Shown here in pieces: positions 1 to 11,395 of a stretch of DNA of 64,000 bases (positions within the stretch are counted from its first letter, which is position 1; every line of letters starts with the position of its first letter). Where the stretch lies: NCBI GenBank assembly GCA_964270895.1, contig OZ185440.1; one strand, 5' to 3'. The notes below the pieces were generated by a model. The model did no database searches, had not been told where the DNA came from, and saw only the letters and a list, made by a program, of their open reading frames with translations. Source of the stretch: Podarcis filfolensis (lineage: Eukaryota). A program made the translations under genes and the position numbers.

Positions 1-869
1 GGAAAACTTCAACGAGCAACATGAACCCTAAATAAAATCCTATATACAAAAGTGAAGTTAAGACATGTTTCATGGTTTCTTCTATGGGTGTTTCTGCCAG
101 ATGACATTAGGAAGACAGCAACCAGGAAAACGACCTTCTCAGTGTTTGTGTCCCACTTGTAGAATAACTGAGCCACCAACCTTTTATTATTCAGGAGACA
201 GGGTATAACCAATTTTCATAGACACTGGTGACTTCTATGCCTTGCTGTATTACTGCTGCTATTTTAAATTCTAGCTTATTATTAGAATTGTTCTGTGTAC
301 ACGTTTTTTTGTTTTCAAAAATTCTGTTTGGGGGAATGGCAAACTGGTCCCCTATCTACCAGCCTACCCACCAGCCCTGCTGCTGCTGCATCAGAGCAGC
401 AAGAAGCTTCAGTACCACCCCCTCTTCCCCCTGCCATGCTCTGAGGAAGAGCAAAGGCATTTTGAAAAAGGTGACTGGGAGAATGCCTGTGCTGCCATTG
501 ATTGGCAGCAACAGCTAGAAATTCTGTTTAAACTTAAGCGTAGGTGCCAACTCCCTAGGGCCCTGGGTGTCCAAGCACCCACAAAATTCCCTATGAAGGG
601 ACTGGGCACCCACAAATTCCAGTGCCAGGGCCATGCACACTGCATGGCACCCACAGCCCCGGGCATCCATGGTCGCGGGGCCAAGCTGGCACTCCTGAAG
701 TTAAGTTTAATGTAACTAGTTGAGGCAAGGAAGGGGTAACAGTGGCAGCAGCAGAAGGGAAAGGAGGAGGGGAACTGACAGCAGAGGTAGAGGAAATGGG
801 GGGGGCAGGATGATGGCCACTGTCTGCCTCAGGTGACACAATGTAGTGCACCAGTCTTGCTCCTACATA

Positions 870-940
870 TCACTTGAGCATTTCAAGAGCACACGGTGGG
901 TGAAAAATATCAATCATGTGGTACTGGCACATACACGCAA
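870..940 (-). CDS. UBE2U: Candidate UBE2U exon 8 (uncertain)
   Basis: Acceptor ccttctttttaaag|TT in the right phase. Encodes VACMCQYHMIDIFHPPCALEMLK*, or splices at AA|gtgata (874). No clear protein similarity. Confidence 0.3.
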
Positions 941-1242
941 CTTTAAAAAGAAGGTAGCTACGTTTGTCCATAACAAAAAAAAGCAACTGCTCCAGAAGCT
1001 ACAGTATTATAATACCTTAAATAGGACTAACCAAAATCTCACAAAGTCATGAGCCAGCTTTCATTCAAAAATTTCCTGTGTGTATGGAATTGCTCCTGAA
1101 AGTTTGTGCGGCCTGACTTAAAACTGCAGCTGCCGTACTGGGAGGTCATGAGAATGAGCCCTTGCACTTACTCAAATCTAGCACAAGATCAGAATCAGGC
1201 TTGTTATCTTTAGTTTTTGCTAAACCAAAAGCATCAGCTTAC

Positions 1243-1331
1243 CTGGGCTTTTAAACTCTTCTGCAGCTTTTGATGTGGCCAATTTATACCATGTCCAGTA
1301 ATATTCTTCATACGATATGGATGTAACATAT
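1243..1331 (-). CDS. UBE2U: UBE2U coding exon 7
   Basis: tgttttcag|ATATGTT...AGCCCAG|gtaagc, 89 nt. Encodes YVTSISYEEYYWTWYKLATSKAAEEFKSP (human SFSDYYQTWSRIATSKATE). Confidence 0.88.
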
Positions 1332-4300
1332 CTGAAAACATACATTTGGGAGAAGGATGAGTTTTCAGAGAGGGTTATGCAATTAGCTATCTGACACAAG
1401 TTTTCTGGCAGAATGTTCTACAAAGCAACAGAATCAGCAAGAAAATGAAAAAGAAAGGAGGCTTGAAAGGACCACATTTCTTACTACTCACTTTCCACAC
1501 AAAGACAAACAGTATGACTTTAAGGAAACACAAGCCCACATATTTGCACCCAGTTTGAGTGAGCTGGATTGGTTATTTCCCAAATCCCTTTGTATGAATC
1601 TCCTGCCCCAAAACTAAGAAAAATGACCTTATAACTTGCTTAGGACAACATCAAGAGAAATAAGCCTTAAAAATTCATATTAGGGATGTGTTTAGCAAAG
1701 TAAGTTCACATATGAACCAACCATTTTTTCCTCAATTTTTTTCCTCTCTACACAACTCACAAACCTCCGTGTGAATCAGGCTGCTAGCAATCCAGACTTT
1801 TTTTTAAAAAAAAAGTGGTAGCATTTTTTAAATTTTGCAGGATGGCAATATCTATGGAAAATCAAATTCATATTCCTGCTTCTCAACATGATCCTGTTTG
1901 TAGAAAGAGATCACATACAAAAAGAAAAGCAGTTAACTTCCATCTGTGATCTGGTCTTTGTTTTTTTAAAAAAATCTAACACAATAAATACTGAAATCGT
2001 CTTAAATCAGAAACAATGGAAAGGATGTATTTTGAGTCATAGAACAGAACCAGTGTTGGAAAGGACCTTGGAGGCAATTTAGTCCAGCCACTTGCTCAAT
2101 GCAGGATCCATAATGGAGAATCTGTAATGCGGCATACAACCGAAGCTTCCCTGACAGATGGCAGTCCAGTTTCTGTAAAGTGATGGACAGCCCACATGAA
2201 GTAGATGGTGCCACAAGATCAGGGCCAGCCTTACCATTAGGCAAACTGAGGCAATCACCTCAGAAATGAGCATGGGAGGGGCAAGTTAGCATCCCACAGG
2301 CCTACCTAGATTTCCCCCCCACCCCCTGCTTTGCTGAATTAAGGACCAAGAAGGTTCTTCCACAGAATGAAACATTCTGGGTGCAATGGCTGTGAGATTG
2401 CCTGTGCTTTCTCTGTGAGTTGTTGTAGTGGTGATGATGCCAAAAATTAGTGTGGGAGGGGGAGTTTATAAAGATACTGAAACTTTACATTTTCACCCCT
2501 AATGATTGCATTTAAAGACCCCCAGAGCTGCACTGAAATTCCAACTGAAAGCTTTTCCCTCTTCCTCTGATAAAGTCGTCAGAAACACACCAACACACTT
2601 GGCTATAACACAGGGCAGGTTATGGCTTCTCAGACATTCAGAAGCAAGCTATGCTGTGCTGTGTTTAAAGAAAAGTATAATCATGTCATTCAAACAAACA
2701 AACAAACAAACAAACAAACAAACAAACAAACAAACAGGTGAGAGCTAGGCAGCGGGCTTTTTCCTGACTTTCTGTCCGGTGCAAATGAAGAAAAAAGGAT
2801 GGTCTCTCTCTCTCTCTGGCAGGGGGATACTATGAGAAAGCAGGCAGAGTTGTATGCAGCCTTTGTATAGCTTAGTGCCTAGGGCGTTCAGTGTCTTATT
2901 CACTGTTGGACATACTTCAATAAAATAGGCCTATCACCAAATCAAATAATTGAATAATTAAAAATAAAAGCAGCAGCATAATTTTATAAATAAGCCAAAC
3001 AGAGGGAGCCATGTATAGGAGCTCCAAAAAACCCTCTGGGCGTGTTACTACCACAGATATTTCAGCAGGCTTCAAAGAATTCAAGAGGAAGGAGACCAGC
3101 AACGTACTATCTTATAAAATGACAAGAATCTTGAGCACAAAGAACATCATTATTCTTGGTATATTTGATGTTTCTGCCCTGCTCTTTCCTCCACTTTTGT
3201 TTCTGCTGTCCTGTAAGATGTTAGCAGCTGCTCTTCAAAGACTTTATACTCCCCTCTTTATTTAAAGTTGTGAGAAACTGTTCAACTCTGAACCTTCTTC
3301 AGCCACTAACAACAAGGCTGACACCTCTATACTTTCCTAGTACCCTCAACTCTAAAGCTTTTTGCTCTCCTGCCCCATAAAACTGTCCCAATATTTTTCT
3401 ACCACAGAAATTCTGGTGGGAAGGGATGGAGTTCAAGAAGGGGCATGTTTGTAGCTTGAGGGTACTCCTGGAACCAATATTGTCACCTGAGGCCCAGCTG
3501 GCCTCAGTGGCTTGGCTGTTTCTAGATATACTTGGTTATTGGCAATGGCCCCCCAGGACAGAGATGACTTGGACACAGTATTCCAAATCCAAATTCCAAA
3601 TTCTAAATCCAGTAATCAGACTGGATTATTGCAATGCGTTCTATGTGGGGCTGCCCTTGAAGACAAATCAGAAACGTCAACTGGTTCAAAATGCAGTGAC
3701 CAGGTTACTGGATAGGGTTGCCTTTAGAATTCGTATAAACCTTCCTCTAAAACAGCTGCATTGGCCGCCGGTTCATTTCTAAGCTTAATTTAAGGTGCTC
3801 ACGCTAGTGTTTAAAGCTCTAAATAACAGGTCCAAAGTATCTGAAAGCTCACCTTTCCTACAGACCCCCTTGTGTTTTCAGTTACTTTTGTAACAATACG
3901 TAGTGACAAGCAATGAATTGTGGAATGTGATACTGAATCACAGTTCAATCCTTCTCCCAGTCACATGGGACGAAGGGAGTGGGGAACATTGCAGCCTATG
4001 GCTTCACTTGGCCTTGCAGAGGCTTGTGTGCGTAAATCATGGTTTAGCTCAGGCATAATAAACAGTTATTATTATTATTATTAATGTTTTATCCATCCTG
4101 CTAAATATTTATGGTTTTCTTCTAATGCTTCTTCCACTGTTTCAACTTATAGAGGTTTTATATCTTTATTGTTTCTATCATTTTATTGTTATCCTGATTT
4201 TTTCCTGAAGGGTGGCTTACTAGTTTTCTAATTAACCAACCAACCAGAAATATACAAAATGAGTTAATTTATACAGTTACCCTAATTTGGATAGTTATAA

Positions 4301-7300
4301 AATTGGAAGCTTTTTGTGGCCCATTTACAGCCTCTTAATCATAATTTATTACCTTCCTTGGCCATATTCTTCATCTTCCTGGGGACGCCTGAATGTGCTG
4401 AGAGATCTTTCCAAACTGATAGCTATAAAAAGAGAAACTTTTAAAAATATGTGATTTGCTTATCCTTAATGTTCTGGGCACTTACAATCCTATCATGCCC
4501 CCCAAAGGGCACACGAATACATAGTTCAGATGCAGTTGAACCCAGTGCACAGGAATGTCAGTGGTCTCAAAACCTGGCCAAAACTACATGGATGCAATGG
4601 TTCTGTGAATTGGTGTTTGCAAGTGTGAGGTAGACATGCAACTGCTGCAATTTGCACAATCACTGCAGCTTGAAGAAGTACTGCATGACCATTCAAAGTG
4701 CAGTGGCAAATTGTCTACATACCATGTGCAACAAGTGCCTCATTTGATCCTGTCTGGCTTTTGAGGCTGCCCCATACTTAGTGCCAACCCATAGGAAATT
4801 GTATGGGGTCAATGAAGACCTCAACGGATTCTAACTTGTCTGAACAAACCCATTCACATCACAGGTGCAGAATAAAAATGATGTCTTGACCCAGGAGGCC
4901 TGTTGTATAGTGATAATACTACAACTACCCTAGCTGAGAACTGCATCCTCCAGTCAAACACAACCTCAAGGAAAGAATGCTCATATAGGGTCTTGCCATA
5001 TGAAGACCAAACCACCCTTGTGCTCAGCCTTTTTCAATCTTGGGTCCCCCTATGTTCTTTAACTGCAATTCCCATCATCCTTGACCACTGGCCATGCTGG
5101 CAGGAAATGACGCGAGTTGTAGTCAGTGCTATTTTTCTAGAAAAAGAGGTGCCAGAACTCACCATGAAGGCCTCCCTCGTTCTCTTAGAATGATTGGAGG
5201 TGCTGGAACCCACAAGAGAGGTGCCAGAACTGAGTTCCAGTGAGTTCCTGCTGAAAAAAGTCCTGGTCGTAGTCCAACAGCATCTGGGGACCCAAGGTTG
5301 AGAAAGGCTGCTCTTGGAGGTCCAGTGAATGTGGCCTATAGTTACACATATTTTAACGTGTCTGAATTATATCACATCTTTGATCTGCTCAGGTGAGATC
5401 AGAATACATGGAAGGTGCAGGATACATCTCAGTTCCAAAGTCAATATTTACTTGGGCTTAAACCTTAATGTAAAGTAGTAGCAAAATAGTGGCATTGCTA
5501 TGTGGTTACTTTTCATTGTGGGTGATGCTGTAGGGTAAATGTGGCATCTAAAGAAATCACTGGCTAACAACTCTAACTTTCTCCTATTCCAGTGTTGCCC
5601 TTGCTTCATTTCCCAGCTCATGACCTCTGCATCACCTCTGAACACTGCCTGGCAAATATGCTTTGTGAGATCATAGATCTGCCTAGAGAACCCATACTCA
5701 AGTTACATTGCCAATCACACTAATTAAAATTTACTGCCTTGTGTAAAATAGTGGTTTTTTAAGAAAGCCATTTAAACGGGTTCTTCTAAAACTCCCCATG
5801 GTGCTCAAAGAATATATTTATGACTAAAAGCATAAAGCATGGAGGTTTATTACCTTCTAGGTGCTGGCTAGTTTTGACACACTGTATAACTTTTTTCCTA
5901 TACAGGGGATAATTGTTCTTCAGCAAATTAGCTGCCTCCAAGTTCACTGGATTTTTCAGAACTGGAATAGACAGCAAAACCTGCAGGAAGATACAGAACC
6001 AGTTTATAAAGCTTTATGAATCACCAGAATTCAGAGAAAGTAAAAGCATTTCATGACTGTAAAGAAGGATACAAACATTTGCTTCGTTGGAAAATCCTGC
6101 TCTATGTGTGTATGCACAAGGAAAACAGTATGGTCAGCCTATACCTCCCACCGTTCTGCTCTGTTTGCCTCAACCATGCCACTCCTGACTGCCATGGCTG
6201 AGTGGCAGAAGAGGAGTAATGGGGGGGGCAGTGGAGTGAGCCAGATCTCTCTATGGCTAAACCAGTTAACAGGGAAGCGACTTCGCAGCCTCATCTTCCT
6301 TACAGCAGTGATTGCCGCCAGTCCCACCATGAGAAAAATCTATGGGTGAATTCCTATCTTGCGTGTGCAGAGCGTTAGGCTGCACATACACCATACTTTT
6401 AAAGCACATCCAGCCCCAGTAGTTTGTTAAGGGTAGCTTTGTGAGGGGTGCACTACAGTTCCCATGATTCTTTTTTTGGTGTGTGTGTGTGTGTGCGCGC
6501 TTTAAATGTATGGGGCGTGTGCAGCCTAATACTTTGCACACATAGAAATTCACTCACAGCTTTTTCTCAGGGTTCCCCAACAAGATTCAGCTGGGTGTCT
6601 GTGCATGGCACCAAAGAAATGTAGGCACATTTTGTCCCAGAACACTCAAAAATTCATGATGGAAAGTTAGCCAGGTTGATTACTTTGCCCACACTGGTTT
6701 GCTTGTGAAAGAGTGACAGAAAGAACATATGAAAGATAGAACTGGTAAAAGCTGAAGCTGGGCTATTCATGTTCACCATTAGAACTGTCTGAAGTTCTGT
6801 CTGAAACATAATTCACATACAAATTAAATTCTTATCCAAATTAAGAACTGTTGTTACTGCTACAGCTTTTAAAAGGTGGCCCTTTTCTGCTTTTATTTTA
6901 TTGCTTCTCACAACAGTTTTGTCCAAGCTGTTTCAGACAAGGCTAATAAGGAGTAAGTGAAGCACATGAGCAAAATGAGGTGAATTAACAAAAGATGAAC
7001 AAAATGAAAATGTGAATTGAGTTTCACATTTCATACCTTAATTGGAAAATGGGGCCAAAGAAATGAGTTTGTACAAAACTGCTGATATATTACATCCAAA
7101 GCAACAACTACTTCTCGACTGAAACAGATTTCCTTTCTTTTTGGGTTCCATGTTTTGACTATGAAAATCAATAGCAAACTGCTATGGCGTTCAATGAAAC
7201 AAATATATGAATAACGGTTCCTGCTTCATACAAATACAATTTAGGATTGAAATCAATACTGTGACTGGAATCCAAAAAACTGAGAAAACAATTCTTTGAA

Positions 7301-10300
7301 GCTGGTGGATGTGTGCTATACTTTTCCCCTTATAGGCCCTCTCTCCTACTAACCAGCAAACTGATTCTGAAACTTGTAAAACCGAGGGAAGCTTCATAAA
7401 CAGTTTGTGCCATGGGAGGGAGAGTGAACACATTTTCAAATGGTGAGCGGTGGCAGGGACTTCACTGGACTCATGGAAACCTATTACATGAACCTAAGTA
7501 AGCTATTTGGATCCTGGCATCAGACCCCAATTATCCTGATAACAAAAGAAAAGTAAGATAAATTATTTTTTGCACAGTTCTTTCTTTACCTGGATACAAA
7601 GTAGGATACCAGTCATTGTAAGTTTGGTGTCCCACTTGGTAGGATCATCTAGAAAATCCAGACAAGGTCTTCCAGTCTTTGGGTCCACTTGCATGGAAGA
7701 CAAATCATTAATGCTCAAATGGAGGTTCATACACTTATATGCCAATAAGACAGTTGAAACTTTGTATCAGAATTATGCTAGACAGGCTATGATAAGTTTT
7801 ATTCCCTACAGCTAGACAACAAAAGAAAGGTATGCAGATATTTATAGCTCTAACTGAGTTATTTAAAATTTGTATCTAGCTTTCTTATTAAATAATTCAA
7901 AGTGACTAACAAAATTGTCATAGCAATGAACAAACAACATAATAAAGGCAAAAAAGTACACAACACCAGAAATAAAATAAAATAAAATAAAAATTGAAAG
8001 TGGTTGCAAATGTATCAGCAGAAGTAATCTATACAAAAAGCAGAAAGACAACAGAGTTACTGCACCAATGGCCTCCTTAAAAAGACATATGCTGACCTGT
8101 AGGTCTAAAGGGAGGCAGTAATACTGGCCTGGGGATCCAGTTCTATGGAATCTGCTCTACTACTAAAAAAGGATCTTCTCCTACATAGTAAGCAAACTTC
8201 AGCTTGTTGGGGTGGGAATGGAGCAGGACATCAGATACTTAAAAAGTACATGAAAGAGTCCATATAGAAGAAGCTATATTTAATGCATCAAGGTCCCAAA
8301 GCCATTTAGTGCTTTAAAAACGTGAACCCATTACCTCCAGTTGAGCTTGACAACAAACAGGCAACAACCATAGACCTAGCAGTGTCTTTTTGTACTAGTT
8401 GAAATTTCTAGATGCCTTTAAAGAGCAGCACAATTTAGAGTGCACTACAGAAGCAGCAGTCAAGTCTACTGGGTACTAGATCATGAATTATGGAGGCCAG
8501 GTCTGATTTGGAGGAAAGGGCAGAATTGTAGTACCAGCTGAAGCTCATAAAGGACAGTCCTAGTCATCACTGCCAGTTTGGACTCTAAGAACTGTGCAGG
8601 ATCAATGGCGACTCCCAAGCTGTGAAATTGAGTCTTCAGCAGGACTGTAACTGCATCTGAATCAACCTGTACACCTCTATCCGGATCAGACTGTCCACAA
8701 ACCAACAATGTTTCTGCCTCATCTGGTTAGTGTACATATTCACAACACTTTTCTACACTAGAAGTTTAACTATCAAGTAGATAATTATTAGAAAGCTATA
8801 ACTGGTGTAATGACTACAGCTAGCTTTGGTTGGTTTTGGCAAGCCCACTTTATAGGGTTGTTTTGAAGCTAAAATGCAGCTCTAAGGACCTGAGAGAAAT
8901 GTAGCAAGTCAATAGATTCCTATCCTTAAGGAAAGGCTTTAGCATTTGAATTATGTGTAGCTGCTAAAAAGCACTTTGAAGTAGAACCACTCTGAAATCT
9001 AGGAGCATGACTGGGTCAAGGACACCTAACCTCTGCTGCTAAGCAACCACCATGGGAAGGACACCACCATCAATGCCATCCTTACCATTGGGATGGAACG
9101 GAATAGTGTTGAAAGTGATGCTTGGAGGGACTCTGTTGTATTCTTCAGTGTACCTTAATGATAGTTGGAGTTCAGCTCCTGGTACAAAAAATAAATAAAT
9201 CAGAACATCTAAGTGCACGTGTAGCCCCAAATTGCATGCATTTGCTTGGAAATAAGTCCTGCTGTCATCAATATGCCTAACTTGCATGTAAGCTTGCACA
9301 GACTGTAGCTTTATATTGACATACTTTTAGAAATATTTATAGCTAGGGTTGCTACTTTGCAATGCAGACACCGGATGCAAACCTTTTAATCTAATGCAGC
9401 AATGGGAGATAAGGCAGCTGCAGATCCTCCCACCCACTCTCTTCCTGGTCTTGTTGCCCACTCCTTCCCTCTCCTGCTGTGGTGAACAGGACTTCAAATG
9501 TGTGAGAGGAAAGCAGATGACAGGAACAGAAATAGAACGGGCAGAAGGAGCCTAAGGTGCATCAGGGGATTTAGAGAGATGCATACAGTGTCACATTTAT
9601 ACCTCTAAGATAGCCTTCTCTAACCTGGTGCCTATCAGATGTACCACTCTCTTCTGCCACAACCAGCATGGCCAATGGTGAAAGACTATAGCAGCTGCAG
9701 ACCCAAACAACTAGACCGCATCAGGTTGGGGATGGTAGCTGTATGGATAGCCACCTCTGAATTAGCAAATAATAGAGCAATGAGCTCAAATTCATTGTGT
9801 TTAAAGTTTATATGCTATTCCACTTGTTACATAAAGATATAGACATATTAATGCTTATGCTGTGATATTTCATAGTTGCAAAATATCTGTTTTTGAAAAT
9901 TTGCAATGCTATCAATACATGTGCAGTCATTTCAAAAGGTTACTGAAATCTTTTTCTTCTTCTTTCAATCTTTTTCTACATGACAAAACATTTCAGGGAG
10001 GTGACCTATTATTTCAAAGTTTTAGAAAAATTAAGACTGAACTCACGATGCAATATATGAAAGCACAGGAGCAGTTATTTTCACATATATACTTGCACCG
10101 AGTGTGTGGGCTTCATTCCACGTAATGGGAAAGACTCTGGGTAGTGCTGGGAGTGTCCCTTGTCTGAAACCTGGAGAGCTACTAGCAGGCAACGCAGATA
10201 ATACTGAGCTACATGGGAGCAATGGTCCAACTGAATCTAAGGCAGCTTCCTATATTCCTATGTTACCTAACTGTAGTGAATCCACTGGCACTGTTCATGT

Positions 10301-11317
10301 AGTTAAGGACTGTCTACACACCTAATGACACTCATATATGCTTCAAATCTGTGTTAAGAAGCACTACATGACATAATAAAGCTATACACTGTATTCACAA
10401 CCCAGTGTGAATTGTTCATTGGTGTTAAAATCAGACAAATATTTACAACAGGAATAGATATTTTATTGGATTGTGAAAGGAGTAAAATTATTCTTGAAAT
10501 GCTACTGTTAAGGTACTGAACTGAGATCTGGAAGACATTGATTCAAGTTCCACTTCCAGACTGACTGGGCAATATAATATAATCCCTCAATATATTGCAA
10601 GGTAATTGAAGAGAGAACACAATAGAGACTGCAAAGCATTTATATGTAAAGGGTTATATATTTGGCAAGCAGTAGTAACGGCACATTAAAAACATTGCAT
10701 TCGTAATTGTTTTGGCAGTGCAATATCACAATGCAACACAACATTTATAGGAAACAGTATGGCTACCTTCCCATAAGGTATCCTTCAGGCCTTCAATTTC
10801 AGCTACCCATTCCATCAAGCTGTCTCCCACAGGAGCAACTGTAATGCCCTGAGAAAAGAAAATGAAAGCAGCCTAATTCAGACTTGATGGGACTATCACT
10901 TTACTTCTCCTTTCATGTGCTAGAGGAGATCATAAGCTTCTGATTTTAAAATTACCACAGTTCCCTGTGATGTTTGAACTTGGTGAACTGTGGTTTGATC
11001 AGATTATGACTAGTGACAACAAACTAGGATCTGAAACCACAGTTTAATTTTGGCTTATTCTCACTAACCTTAACTTAAAACTAACCCCAGTTCCTTGGGT
11101 TCAGATTCAGTTAGTCTAAAATTAGAAGCAGAAGCTTCCCATCTCCTTCCCCATCACATGAAAGAGGAAGAGAAGATTGGGGTGGGGGTGCGCAAATCCA
11201 GCATTTGGACAGGCTCCATTCACACAGACAGAATGCTGATAGCCTATGTAATGGTCACTTTAATAATTGTTTTGTATTACTATTAATTTTTATATGGCTG
11301 TACATCACCTGGATATA

Positions 11318-11395
<78 letters not shown>

